Source: Bispira polyomma
Lineage: Eukaryota
Assembly (NCBI GenBank): GCA_965649765.1
Contig: OZ287756.1
Coordinates: 17,422,001-17,486,000 of the forward strand
Direction: 5' to 3'
DNA length: 64,000 bases
The position numbers and the translations under genes were made by a program. This document shows, piece after piece, positions 26,801 through 39,129 of this stretch (its first letter is position 1; each line of letters starts with the position of its first letter). Under the pieces are notes generated by a model. That model worked only from the letters and a program-made list of their open reading frames with translations, was not told the origin of the DNA and searched no databases.

Positions 26801-27741
26801 TTGTTGGAAAAGATTCAGCGTGATTTTTGCTTAACAATAACTGGTGCATATAAAAAAACAAGTCATAATTCTCTGTTGTCTGAGTGTGGCTTTCAACCAC
26901 TAAAACAAAGACGTAAATTAAAAAAGCTTCACCTTATGTATAAGCTACAAAATGGCCTTGTGCCGGAATATCTCAGACAAATATGTCCCCCTGTTGTGTC
27001 TGTTACATCAAATTATAAATTAAGATATGGTAAGAAAATAAAGTCAATAAAAACTAAAAAAAATTACTTTCATACATCATTTCTTCCGTCCACTATAAGA
27101 GAATGGAACCTCCTTAATCCAAGTGTACAAGCTGCATTGTCAATAGAAACATTCAAATCAAAATTGAAAGCAAAACATAAATTTTTCAAAGTGTATCTAT
27201 GGCACTACAGTAAAGCCGCTGTCCATCATAGTAGGATTAGAATGGGTTTGAGTGCTTTATATCAACACAGAAAATTGTATAATTTCATTGATTCGGGGGT
27301 ATGCTCTTATTGTGGCGCAATTAAGGAGGATGCCAAACATTTCTTTTTGACATGTCCGTCCTTTGCTGCTCTGAGGTTGGAAATGCTACAGAAAGTAAAC
27401 ATAGAAATACCTGAAATGAAAATTAACTTTAATGCAAATAAACTACTTCAAATAATTATAAATGGCACCGGTAGTTTTGATGTAGATAAAAAATTATTTG
27501 AATGTGTGCACTCATATATAGGAAATTCCAAAAGGTTCAGTTAATTGTAAATTGTATATCTGTATCATTGATAAATGTACGATGTATTGTAATAACGATG
27601 TTATGTGTAGCCTATATTTATTATTGTTACAATGCAGTTTGTAATTGATTTGTTAATTTTGGACAAGAGCCTCTAGTGGCCTCACGGCTGTGGGCAATTG
27701 TCATAAAATAAATAATGTTTAAATAAAAAAAAACAAAAAAA
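23890..27741 (+). mobile_element. CR1-group non-LTR retrotransposon (APE-RT-CCHC), no ORF1 seen
   Basis: APE and RT ORFs, a 3' UTR with conserved terminal motif, and an A-rich tail at 27721-27741. Possible TSD CAATGT (23884 / 27742); the 5' boundary is uncertain. Confidence 0.9.
24138..27544 (+). CDS. LINE ORF2: 2A-like peptide, APE endonuclease, reverse transcriptase, C-terminal CCHC; one frameshift in an A12 run (25279-25290)
   Basis: HVNVRSL, GETWL, GDFND and LLDLI (APE). NYRPISLL, GVPQGSILGPLLF and YADD (RT). CSYCG...HFFLTC. The two ORFs overlap at the homopolymer. Confidence 0.92.
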
Positions 27742-27879
27742 CAATGTACACAATGTATGCATTGATACCAGGTTCATTTACTGATATCAATTTTTTTACT
27801 TTAATTTCTTTTTCTATTTGTTTTCTGATCAAATAATATTTTAGTGAGCCAGTTGCCTCTGATACAATTGTCTCTTGGA

Positions 27880-28008
27880 AATAATTTGTTCTATTTGTGT
27901 GTAAATATTATATTTACACAGCTATATTGTATTGTTAGACAAGAGCCCTTAGTGGACTAGAGTTGTGGCCAATTGTCAATCAATAGATTATATGTAAGTA
28001 AAAAAAAA
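27880..28008 (+). mobile_element. Second, heavily 5'-truncated CR1-family 3' end
   Basis: GACAAGAGCCCTTAGTGGACTAGAGTTGTGGCCAATTGTCA plus an A tail matches 27662-27703. Confidence 0.7.
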
Positions 28009-28554
28009 CTTTACATTATGTTCCCAAATCAATGAAGGGCCTGTGACCAATAAATATTCCAGGTAAACATTAATTCCAACAGAGAGGAGCCGAGTGGCCT
28101 TGCATGAGGCCCAAGTTGTTTACCAAGTTGACCACTATCTAACAAAGATTATCACACCCTTTCTTAAATATGTTTTAATTTTTGTTTTAATGATATAGAA
28201 ACATACACATACATATAAAACCCACAACAGGCACTAAAACGAAAAGGTTACAGTTAGAATTAGCCAATCACATTTGATATTAAAATGACAGCAAATCTTA
28301 GAGACTTACACAGTATTTATGAAAGAATGGTTAGTTTCTTACAATGAATTTTTTTCACACCTTTGTATCTGTTGAGGTTGCAAATACCACTTTCCTAGTA
28401 ATATTAAAATAAACAATAATGAACCAATTTAATCACTGTCATGAAGAGCGAATTTCGTGATGCAACTTAACCCACACATTAATAGCATCATAAGCAAACT
28501 ATAACTAAAATGTTTTTTTAGATTAATGAACTGATAGTTTAAAAATTGAAACAT

Positions 28555-28860
28555 TTAAAAATGGCCTGTCAACCTACTTCGCCTAGTATTGTGTAAACTT
28601 GTAAAATGAGGAGGCATGGATCGAATAACTGTAGAAAACGTCAGTTCAGAAAATTGTAAACTAAAGTAGACTTTTGAAAAAATGATATAAAGCCAGTGAA
28701 GACTTCTTAAAATAGGAGTAATGTGAATGTACTTGCTGTTTTTGTCACTGTCCTGGCTGGGATGTTTTGTATGCACTGCAACGTATGAAGGTCTAGCTTG
28801 GAAAAACTTCTAAAAGAGAATTGCAGTAGTCAAGGCGACTACAAACCAAAGCATTTGTCA
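28555..28860 (-). pseudogene. L2-type LINE 3' RT fragment
   Basis: HITPILRSLHWL motif, with upstream ALVCSRLDYCNSL on the minus strand. Confidence 0.75.
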
Positions 28861-29222
28861 TATTGTAAAGTTAAATGTAATTCTATATATACAACTGACA
28901 AAGTTGCAAATAGTTTCATCCTTTCATGGTGGATGTAATTGTAAATGTTTTCTTTTTCTAACCCTAAAATCTCGGATCTTGTTTTTGTTGTTGTATGCCA
29001 TTAGTTTAATTCTTTGCAACTGTTGTATGCGACAAAATCTCATAAAATACTCACAATAAGAATAATTGCACACAATTAGCTTAGTTGTGTAAACCAAGCT
29101 TTAATGAAACGCTTGATGTTATTGTGATGTGCACAGCTATCCACCTAAGACCTCGTCAATAAAAAGGACACAACTAGGACCTTATGCAAGGCTAAGAGCT
29201 GTACAGTACAATGAAATAGTTT

Positions 29223-29414
29223 CAAAATAGAACAGGTTTGTACACATATTCTTTCTCCCTTTAAAGTTAACAGAGTTGACAGTGCACAGTGGGATCAGGA
29301 TTTGCTCAAATATAGTTACAAAATAGAACAGGTTTGTACACATTTTCTTTCTCCCTTTAAAGTTAACAGAGTTGACAGTGCACAGTGGGATCAGGATTTG
29401 CCCAAATATAGTTA
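29223..29414. repeat. 96-bp tandem duplication
   Basis: CAAAATAGAACAGG...AAATATAGTTA occurs twice with few mismatches. Confidence 0.9.
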
Positions 29415-30800
29415 CTACAAGTTCAGGATTTTCTAATACAATATCTAAAGATTTGAGGTAAGTTAATTATATCATGTAGATTATATTAACTTATTTTTTA
29501 TATAGGTGATCAATTCTCTCCAAAAGAGTAGCTAGACATTTTGTTTGAAAATTGTATAAGCAGAAACTATGAAACTAGGAACTGGCTGTAACCAAGCACC
29601 AAGGGACATCTAGTTAGGTAAAAAGGTTAACCCGCGAATACAAGGAATAAATGTTTTTTAGGACTAAAATGTTATTTACAAGTTAGTATATCACATCAAT
29701 ATATTGACTAGTATTGTTAGTTCTAGAGAATTGTCATTTTAAAAGTATGAGGTCACCAAACTACTGTTAACTAAGGTGACCTAAATCAAAGGACAGAAAG
29801 TTTAACCATAAACTAATAAATTTTACAGTTTCTGTTAAATATATATATATTTTTGACGAGTAAGGTGTAGCCATGGAATTTCAGAAATTTCTTTAATGGT
29901 TTTTATACACACACATATATATTACATACAAGTTGAGATTTAATGGGCTGTACAAGTTACAACATGTATGACTTATATGGTATGACTTTTTAAAAGCAAG
30001 CTCAAGACACATCTCTATCAAAAAGCTTATCCCTCCTGACATGGCCTTACCATCACCGACTCTCTCCCTGGTAATGACCCCTTTTCTTTTCACCATAATT
30101 TGAATACTGAATAGCGATTCTGATGTTTTCCACCTTAGAATCCACTAGTATGGAGATTATGTGCCATTACGGAATAAACAAGATTAGATTAGATGACCAC
30201 ATTGTACAAGTTGCAGCTTGTCCAAAATATTTTTTTAACTTTTAAATATTTCAACGACTGACTAAAACTAGTACAACTAACCTGTACAAGTTCAAATCTA
30301 GGCAATGTACAATATAATGGTTGTTTATGTGTATTTTGTGAAGGGTTCATAATTATCACAGATTTAGTAAAGGAGCTTTTGGCTTTGTATTCACTGAAGA
30401 TAAACATAATATGAGTAAAAGTAGACCAGTTAAAAATTAATTAACTGGTTCAAAATCTCAACTTGTACATATATATGTATAAAGAAAACAGATAAATTTG
30501 GTCAGATATGATAAAATTATGCAATATAAATATTTAGATTCTGTATATTATTAAGGATTATTATGTACTTATAATACTAAAGTATGCATGTTTGAACAAT
30601 TATACATATTTCCGTTTATCCGACCTCCATTCATCCGGGTTAATTGAACTAAAGTGATGGCCCCCACCAATTTTTTAAACATTGTCTTAAAAACAATCAG
30701 CTCTGTGGCGACATTGGCGGATTTTACCGAATATTCTGTTATTCTGGGTTACACTTTATAACATAAAGCACTAAAATCAACAAATACTCCTTTCGATGCA

Positions 30801-30909
30801 ATAACAAATTATTTTGTTCATTCTAAAGCCTTTATTTGTGTTAAAAAATCGATGGAATAACAAATTATTTTGTTCATTCTAAAGCCTTTATTTGTGTTAA
30901 AAAATCGAT
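30801..30909. repeat. ~57-bp tandem duplication
   Basis: ATAACAAATTATTTTGTTCATTCTAAAGCCTTTATTTGTGTTAAAAAATCGAT occurs twice. Confidence 0.85.
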
Positions 30910-31529
30910 TGTTATCCCTACATTCATGAACCTCTAACCAAACCACACTGAGATCAATAGACTTGATACAGGTGGGAATATTTATTTCCAGCGGATTGAT
31001 CATGAACATAACCAGTCTTTGTCAGGCCATATTTTATCAGTACTAATTAAAGTTCTGGAAGACTCCACTTAACTCAAACTTTCTAAAATAATATGAAAAC
31101 CCAGGGCATTTACTTATTTAAGCTTTTTCTTGTAAATAAAAACTTTTGATGTGTTTTTTTTTAATTATAATTTCAAGCAGTAACCCACAGGAACTCATCC
31201 CCCCTGCCCCTTACAAAAAGCCAGCGAATTCTCCAGTATGACATATATCATTTGATATATTACTGTTTCTACACACTGTATAGGAAACTAACATTTTAAC
31301 TATGTGTGTTTTAACATGTGGAAACATGTGTATGTATAACATAGTAACTACAAAAAATAACCCTGAATCTATTTCTTTCATTGTCTTTGCAAACTTATGT
31401 CTTCAACTCTTAATTTTGATCTCTGCCAATTTGACCTTTCGGATTACGTGTTGTATATGTATTAGTATATTTTAAAATAATTTTATCACTTGAGTTGACC
31501 AAGCATACTGTCCTTGTCCTACAGACTTG

Positions 31530-31760
31530 GGAGTTTTCGATGGCGCAGTGCTAACATACTCGCCTCCCCGCTCTACCGTTCCGGTTTTAATCTTTGCTGG
31601 GGCTTTAAGTGGGAATGTTGGCAGTTACATGCTGATGGTTGATAGTTTACAGCTTAGAATCTTGACTAACTAGAATATACACTTCCTACCTACAGCACTT
31701 TAACTGCCCATGGTGATAGCACCTATACAATGTAGTGAAAGCGACGTGAAACCCAAATCT
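31530..31760 (+). mobile_element. Diverged tRNA-derived SINE
   Basis: TGGCGCAGTG head, GTGGGAATGTTGGCAGTTAC core and GACGTGAAACCCAAAT end, shared with the other copies. Confidence 0.6.
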
Positions 31761-32708
31761 AATGAAAATCCTACTGGCTTGGATCATATAGATTAGTATT
31801 CTCTCATGATTTGAAAGTATGGGTCACTCAGGTAATTTTGTTATTGTATATATATAAGGTACAATTTAAATCAGGTTAGAATCTGATACAGTTTTTGTCT
31901 TGTTTGAATAAAGGCTTCTTTCTGTTACTGATAAAACTCTGACCTTCCATTAATTGTTTAAAAGTCTGTTAAAATTTTGATTCAGAGTTGGCGGATGTGT
32001 GAGTTTCTGATGGAGATAGTTTGAGTACTGTAGAACTATGACATATGTGTTGATCAATCATATTTTTACACAAACTGATTGATTGAACCTAGTGTAACTC
32101 ATTTTGCATACATTACACAATAGGCCATTTCCCCTAATTTTTTTATTATTTAGGAATTTCCTCTTCTTGTCATCTCCATGATTTAAATTAGATCTTTGCA
32201 TGTCTTACTCTCGCTTATATTATAGTGTACCAAAGGTGAAATTGACAAAATTTAGAAGTAGGCTAAAATCAAGAAATGTAATTAAAATGTAATACAGTAA
32301 TATCAACAAAATCATTTAGTAGTTAAGTTTTCTCTTAAACATAGATATCCCACAGTGAAAATGACCTAGCATACTCTCCAATCATATCATTGCTATAATA
32401 AGTAGCTCCAGACATAATTATTGCTCCAATGACTAGTGACGTCTTAAGTGGAAATCTCCTTCTTCATATCATTATCAAGGAATTGGCATAACTTACTACA
32501 GTGTTGAGTATTCCCTAAATGTATATAAACATAGGTTCTGACCATAATATATGTCTGTTCACAGTATGAAGCACTCCTTACTTAAGTTATGAAAAGACAC
32601 TAATTATATGCTTCTTGCTCTTAATATTATGGACTGCTATATAAATTATCTCTTTTTCACATAATGTATACTTTTGGTCTTTCTGTATATAAAGTTTATC
32701 ATGTATTG

Positions 32709-33109
32709 TATTTAACATAAGAAATGAAGTTTTGCTGTTAATGCTATGAACTAATCATAAATTTAGAAAGTAGAGTATATAAGCACTAGATATTCTCTGA
32801 CAAAGAGGCAGAGGAAGGGAGAGTAGTTACCACCAGAGATAGTGATTAGAATAGGTCTAGCAACAGACTATGTGGTATAATACAGAGATAAGTTCTTAGA
32901 CAAAGAGGAAAACAGCTGCGGGACTCTGTGTAATTATGAAGCTCGGGAAAATAGTGCTGGTCAAGCTCTTTGTGTACAAAGTTAGATGTGTGTGTGTGTT
33001 TGCTGAAATAAAATATAGTTTGGTTTAAATTTGGATTATTATTATTTAGTGCCACCCCCGGTACCTGCTACATCCTATACATCATAGGGGTCAACCCTTT
33101 TACGGCACA
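32709..33109 (+). repeat. 5' LTR (portion shared with the 3' LTR)
   Basis: 401 bp with about 3 substitutions versus 44129-44529. TATATAA at ~32786, AATAAA at ~33007, ends GGCACA. Confidence 0.92.
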
Positions 33110-33125
33110 TGGTGGAGATGCCGGG
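33110..33125 (+). promoter_or_regulatory. Primer binding site complementary to tRNA-Ala 3' end
   Basis: TGGTGGAGATGCCGGG directly after the LTR is the complement of CCCGGCATCTCCACCA. Confidence 0.85.
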
Positions 33126-33211
33126 TAATTAATCAATATTTATAAAGAAACAAACAGTTATAACTTTCACATAGTATCAGGATATTTCACTCAGGATCAA
33201 TAATAATCAGC

Positions 33212-33220
33212 ATGGTGAGT
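33212..33220 (+). promoter_or_regulatory. Leader start codon plus splice donor (ATG|GTGAGT)
   Basis: Consensus 5' splice site about 100 nt after the PBS, directly following AGCATG. Confidence 0.75.
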
Positions 33221-33607
33221 ACCTCCATTACACTATTAAAATGGAAAGAAGTTATAAACTCTATTCTGGTGAACACTGTGTAACTGTTACATATAGCTAT
33301 CTGATGAAACATGTAAATAAACCAATGATGCAAATTATTGAAGACATTTCCTGGGTAGCTTCACATTTAAATGGTACAGTTGTGAATCAACAATGGAAAC
33401 AACTTTTAATTATAAAAGCACCAAGTGACTATTCTGCCTTAGAAGTTTTGCTAGTATACTTAGAGATGCAACTATTACTGTAACTTTGTGAATTTTATGA
33501 AACATAAATAACCTAATGTGACTAAAAAGTTACAGTTGTTAACACTTACTGTTGAATATGCAAATACTATATGTACTAGAGTGTAGCTCCCAACATCTGA
33601 TACTCAC

Positions 33608-34806
33608 ATGTCAAACAGATATAACCTTAGACTTTTGCCTGGTAGAAAACAAATATTAGTAGTTAGAAATGCAATGGAAAATGTACAACCACAGCCGGCA
33701 CTACCAGAACAACCAGTGGAACACAACAACCATCCTCCGCAACCAGTACAAAATCAACCAGCTCAACCTGATCAACCAGCACCGCCTCAACAACAGCCTG
33801 CTGACCTAATAATGGATCCAGAAATTCACCAGCCAGCACTTCATAATCCATTGGCAGTGTCCTTTAAACCAACTACATTCAATGGACTACACCCGGAAAC
33901 TGCAGGACGATGGTGGAGAACATACGAGAGGTACAGTACACTCAGTGGGATAAATGGGAATGACCGATGTCACCTATTTGGACTATTGCTCTCGGGAAGT
34001 TCAGAAATTTGGTTTAATACACTTCCACCACAGATCCGAAATGCACACACCCAGCTACAGTGACAAATGGCCGTATTGAGTCGATCACAAAGGGCAGGCG
34101 AAACAGTTGATGAGTACATCACAGATGCAAGGTCAAAGATGACAGATTATAACTATGAAGCAAATTTGCAGATGACTCTGCTCATAAATGGATTACGCCC
34201 AGAAATTAAGACCCTAGTACTGCAACACTTACCCTTCCAGGACGTCGATGCTTTAGTAAACAAGGCTAGACATGTTGAATCAGCCCTCCAGACACAGTCT
34301 GCGCTATCACTACCTGCATATCCCATGAACATGATGAAAGTAGGTGTAGCTGAAGAAAATGGTGACAAAGATATACCAGGAACACTATTCGGTGGAATAG
34401 AAAAGAATCTTGAAGCCCTGACCAAGAAGTTTGATGGGCTACTTAAGGACCTCACCCACCTCACGCAGAGTAAAAGGAGCAGTCCACCAGCTGCCAGGTG
34501 GAATGACAGGCCATCTCCTTGGAAACCAAGTTCAAATAATCAACCAGGCTACAGGGAGAAAGTATTTACCAAACCCCCAAACTATTCTGGTGGGTATAGG
34601 CCAAGTGACACATACCAGCAGAAGCGGCAACGTAACTACCAATGCTACAATTGTGGGAGAAGTGGCCATTTCAAAGCTCAGTGCCGTTACAATAACACTA
34701 ATAGAGATGTAAATAGACAGTACAACCCAGAGAGACGCACAAGGTCACCCAATGGAAGGTTCCGGAGCCTTCACCAGCTCCAAGACATCAGAATATGGGA
34801 AACTAG
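33608..34806 (+). pseudogene. gag (capsid plus CCHC nucleocapsid); in-frame TGA at 34061 and a 1-nt deletion near 34768
   Basis: PTTFNG...W, Q.AGETVDEY, LINGLRPEIK, CYNCGRSGHFKAQC. Restoring one base gives ...SPSPAPRHQNMGN-stop at the slippery site. Confidence 0.88.
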
Positions 34807-34839
34807 AAAACCCTGTTCCAAACTGGGGATGGGACAGGG
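34797..34839 (+). promoter_or_regulatory. -1 programmed ribosomal frameshift signal (gag-pol)
   Basis: G GGA AAC heptamer, 7-nt spacer, 10-bp stem CCCTGTTCCA / TGGGACAGGG. The -1 frame is the pol frame. Confidence 0.8.
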
Positions 34840-37800
34840 ATATTAGTTGTAAAAACAAAGTTGATGATGACAAAAACTGTGTTATGAACACCTGTGAATT
34901 AAATAAATCTGCAGGAATCATAGAAGAATGCATGATCCATGTGAATATTTGTACTAAGGCTATTCCAGCCTTAATAGACTCAGGTGCTACTCATTCGATT
35001 ATAGGACCTTCTCTGTTAACCAAACTTTCACAGCTTAGACAGAACCTTACTGCTGTAAAGCCTGAGGTTTTTGCCAAAGCTGTCAATGGAAGTATGCTGA
35101 CTTACACCAAGGAGATTTGCTTTGTTGTAGCCATCGATGGACAGGAATATGAAGTAAATGCATATTATTCACATTCCTTAGAATATGACCTCATACTGGG
35201 ATATGATTTTATGAAAAAGGCTAAATTGACTATTAAGTTTGGCAAAATTCCTGTTATTTCCCCTAGGAAATTTGTGCTGAAATGCCCAAGAAACTTGATA
35301 GTGCAGCCTGGCGAAGAACTACTTGTTTGGTCTCAAATAATAGGGGCAGTGCAACAGAGTGAAGGAATAGTGACCATCCATTCAACACTACAGGGTATGG
35401 GACTTGTAGTAGCACGTGAATTAGTTAGTATAGACCCAGAAAAGAAATGGATACCTGTGCGAATTTTGAACCCTTACCTAGGCCCTAAAACTATTAACCA
35501 GGGAACCAGACTTGCAGATATTGAAAGACTAGGAGTAGGTGACAAAGTGATAGAAATTTCTGAGTCTAACCACAAAATCAATGCTACAAACAATAAGAAA
35601 GTTCGAATTAAACCACCAGAGGACTTTATTTCATTATTCGACCTGTCAGAGTCTACTTTCTCTGATCCACAAAAAGAGGAACTTCTGTGCCTACTGTGGG
35701 AATTCTCAGACACATTTCTAACTAAAGGAGATAAGTTAAAGTGTACTGATGTCCTGGAATTCCAAATTAAACTACAAAATGATGCTGAGACTTTCAAATC
35801 CCGTCCCTACAGAAGTAATCCAAAACTTCGAAAATAAATCAGTCAGCAAGTCAACCAATTGCTGGAAGATGGAATTATCAGGCCAAGTGTTAGTCCATAT
35901 GGCAGTCCTGTTCTACTGGTGTCAAAACCTGATGGAACTTATCGCATGGTGATTGATTACAGGCGTTTAAATTCCCAATGTATCAAAGATAATTTTCCTT
36001 TAGTGCGAATCCAGCATTCATTGGAAAGTATTGGTTCAGCAAATGCAAAGTACTTTTCTACTCTTGATTTACAATCAGGTTATCACCAAGTACCAATTGA
36101 AGAAACCTCAAAACCCTACACAGCATTTGTCACACATGATGGACTATTTGAGTTTAATCGGCTAAGTTTTGGCCTGGCAAATGCACCAACATGTTTTTCA
36201 CGTCTTATGACTAGAGTACTACAAGGACTCAACTGGGACATTGCACTACTTTATTTGGATGATATCATTTGTTTTAGCAGTGATTTTAATGGACACCTGT
36301 CAAACCTAAGAAAGATATTCTCTAGACTTAGAGAAGCACATCTCACTCTAAAGCCATCCAAGTGTATGTTTGGAAAGGAGAGGATAAAGTTCTTAGGGCA
36401 TATTGTTAGTGCCAAGGGCATTGAGCCAATCGAAGACAAATGTCAAGCTGTGAGAGACTTTCCACAACCTCGCAAGGTCAAGGATGTTCGTGCTTTCCTC
36501 GGATTGACCGGGTACTACCGCAGGTTCTTGAAAGACTACGCTAAGATAGCTGCCCCTTTAACCAACTTGACTAAAAAGGAGAAAACTTTTATCTGGAGTG
36601 ATGCTTGTGAAGAAGCATTTCAAAATCTCAAGCAAAAATTAACTGAAGCGCCTATTCTAGCTTACCCAGATTACCAAAACGATTACCTTCTATATACAGA
36701 TACAAGTTCGACAGCCATAGGGATGGTTCTATCACAAGAACAGACACGAATTGAAAGAGTGATTTCTTATGGAGGGAAAAAGCTCAGCACTGCAGAACAA
36801 AAATATAGTACCACAGAAAGAGAGTGTCTTGGGGTACTTGTTGCACTAAAACATTTCGAACATTATTTAAGAGGTGTTCATGTTACCATCATAACCGATC
36901 ATGCAGCTTTAAAATGGATGCTCACCCAGAATGAACCCAGAGGACGCATAGCAAGATGGGTTGCCTATATGCAACAATTTAATTACACAATAAAACATCA
37001 ATCGGGAAAAAGCATTGGAAATGCTGATGGGTTGAGTAGAAGACATTACCAGCACGATACGGAAGAAACAACTAAGCCACTAGATGAACAACTTGATGAA
37101 GTGATTCTTCCAGCAAATAGTAACCTAAAGATAAATGTTGCACCACTCACCTTCAGGGGAAGACGAACCAAGCTCAAGGGAAAGAAAAGTAAAGTTGAAA
37201 TAAGACCAGTCATTAAACTACCTGATGTTAAGTGGGACAAACTGAAAATTAGGCAATGTCAACTTAAAGATGATCAAATAGGCCCCATGGTTAAGTATCT
37301 GGAAGATGAAATTCTACCCACTGTTGACAAGAAGGCCAGAGAAGTTTTACTAAGTAGTGAATCATATGTATTGCACGACAGTATTCTGTATCACTTGCTG
37401 GATGTCAAGAGTTTACAAACTAAGAGGCAAACTGATGAACTTAGAATCTGTTTGGTTGTTCCTGAAGAGCTCAAATATGATGTATTAACATCTGTGCATG
37501 GTGATCTGCACTCAGGACATTATGGCACCCACAGGACTTATACAACCCTACGGTTAAAATATTTCTGGAAAGGCATGTACAGCGATTGTAAAAACTTTGT
37601 GGTTTCTTGTGAAAAATGTAACACTAGAAAGAACCCAGTTTCACCTGTAAGAGCTCCACTGCAGCCTCTAGAAGTGGCCAGAATAAATGAAAGATGGGCA
37701 ATGGACATAGTACACATGTCTATGACCTCCTGAGGCAACAAATACATTTTAACTTTTACTGAGTATTGTACCAGATATGTAGAAGCATTTCCTCTGCAGA

Positions 37801-38996
37801 ATACTCAGGCTGTCACGATTGCCAGGATTTTAGTGAATGAGATATGTTTTCGTTTTAGTACTCCACAAGAACTTTTAAGTGATCTTGGAAGCAATTTTAT
37901 CTCTGAGCTTGTAAGTGAGACCTGTAAACTGCTGGGAATAGAAAAAATTTACACCACACCATACCATCCACAGACTAATGGCTTAATTGAAAAATTCCAT
38001 TCAACTTTAGCCAAAAATCTGTCTATGTATGTGACAGCTGACCACAAGGATTGGGACCTGTTTGTTCGAGCTATTTGTTATGGCTATAACACTTCAGTCT
38101 GTGTGGACTCGACCCAGTACACTCCTTTCTTCCTCATGTTCGGGAGAGAACCCAACTATCCCTTGGATACTGTTCTGCCAAGCATTCAGGAAGTACCTTG
38201 CAGTGTACAGGAATATTTAGTCAAATTAGCCCATGCCAGAGAGACTGCTATGACCAACATCAGGGAACGTCAAGACGCTATCAAGAAAAGATACGATAGA
38301 TATGTAGCGCCAGACCCATTCCAACCAGGTGAACTGGTATGGATTTTCTTCCCAGAAATAAATGTTGGAGGAAGCCATAAATTCTTTCACAACTGGTCTG
38401 GTCCATATTTATTGATGGAGAAAATCAGTCCAACAAATTTTAAAGTAGTCCAGGCTCATGATCTCAAGCCACTTAAAAACCCAATACATGTAAACAGAAT
38501 GAAGAGGTTTCACCACAGAGCAGTGGTTCCACCAACACCTGAAAATCTACAAGATATAATTGACACAGCACAGGTGCATACACTAAATGATTTACATAGA
38601 AACGAACAAGCAAGGTTTCAACATGACAACCAGTTGACAACAAACCAAGTACCGCCAACTAGAAACACAGGGTTACAGCCAGTGCAAAATCTTGCTGATG
38701 GCATACACCAAGCTGATGTAGAATTACCAGACCCACCGGTACTAAGAACCGAAGTTAAGACTAAATCAGACAATATTAATGAGCAATCAAGTGAGCCAAA
38801 AGACAATGAGTATGAGATCAATAGAATCCTTAAAGCAAGATACAACAGACAAGGCAACATGGAGTATTTGATTGACTGGAAAGGATATCCCCCATCTGCA
38901 AGAACATATGAACCGTTAGAGAATTTGAACCCAATGGCACAGGAATATGTTAAAACGCAAAATGTACCTGTGGTTGGTAGAAACCCAAAGAATTAA
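34797..38996 (+). pseudogene. pol: protease, dUTPase-like spacer, RT, RNase H, integrase with GPY/F and chromodomain; in-frame stops at ~35835 and ~37731
   Basis: LIDSGA, LDLQSGYHQ, YLDD, DTS/ERE/TDH, HHCC, D-D-E, WSGPY, YEINRIL...YLIDWKGYP...TYEPLENL. The three track ORFs share one frame. Confidence 0.93.
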
Positions 38997-39129
38997 CATA
39001 TGATGCTTATGATTATACAGCCTCTTCAATGACTATAGGGCCCATGGTCTGAAGAAATAAGTCTGTAACATACATACTTTGTTTTTCTAAAGGGTTATGT
39101 AATAATTGAGACTGTTTCCTGTGTTTTAG

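Noticed and set aside
32846-33055. Identical 69-aa ORFs at 32846 and 44266
   Set aside because: Antisense by-products of LTR duplication, with no coding features.
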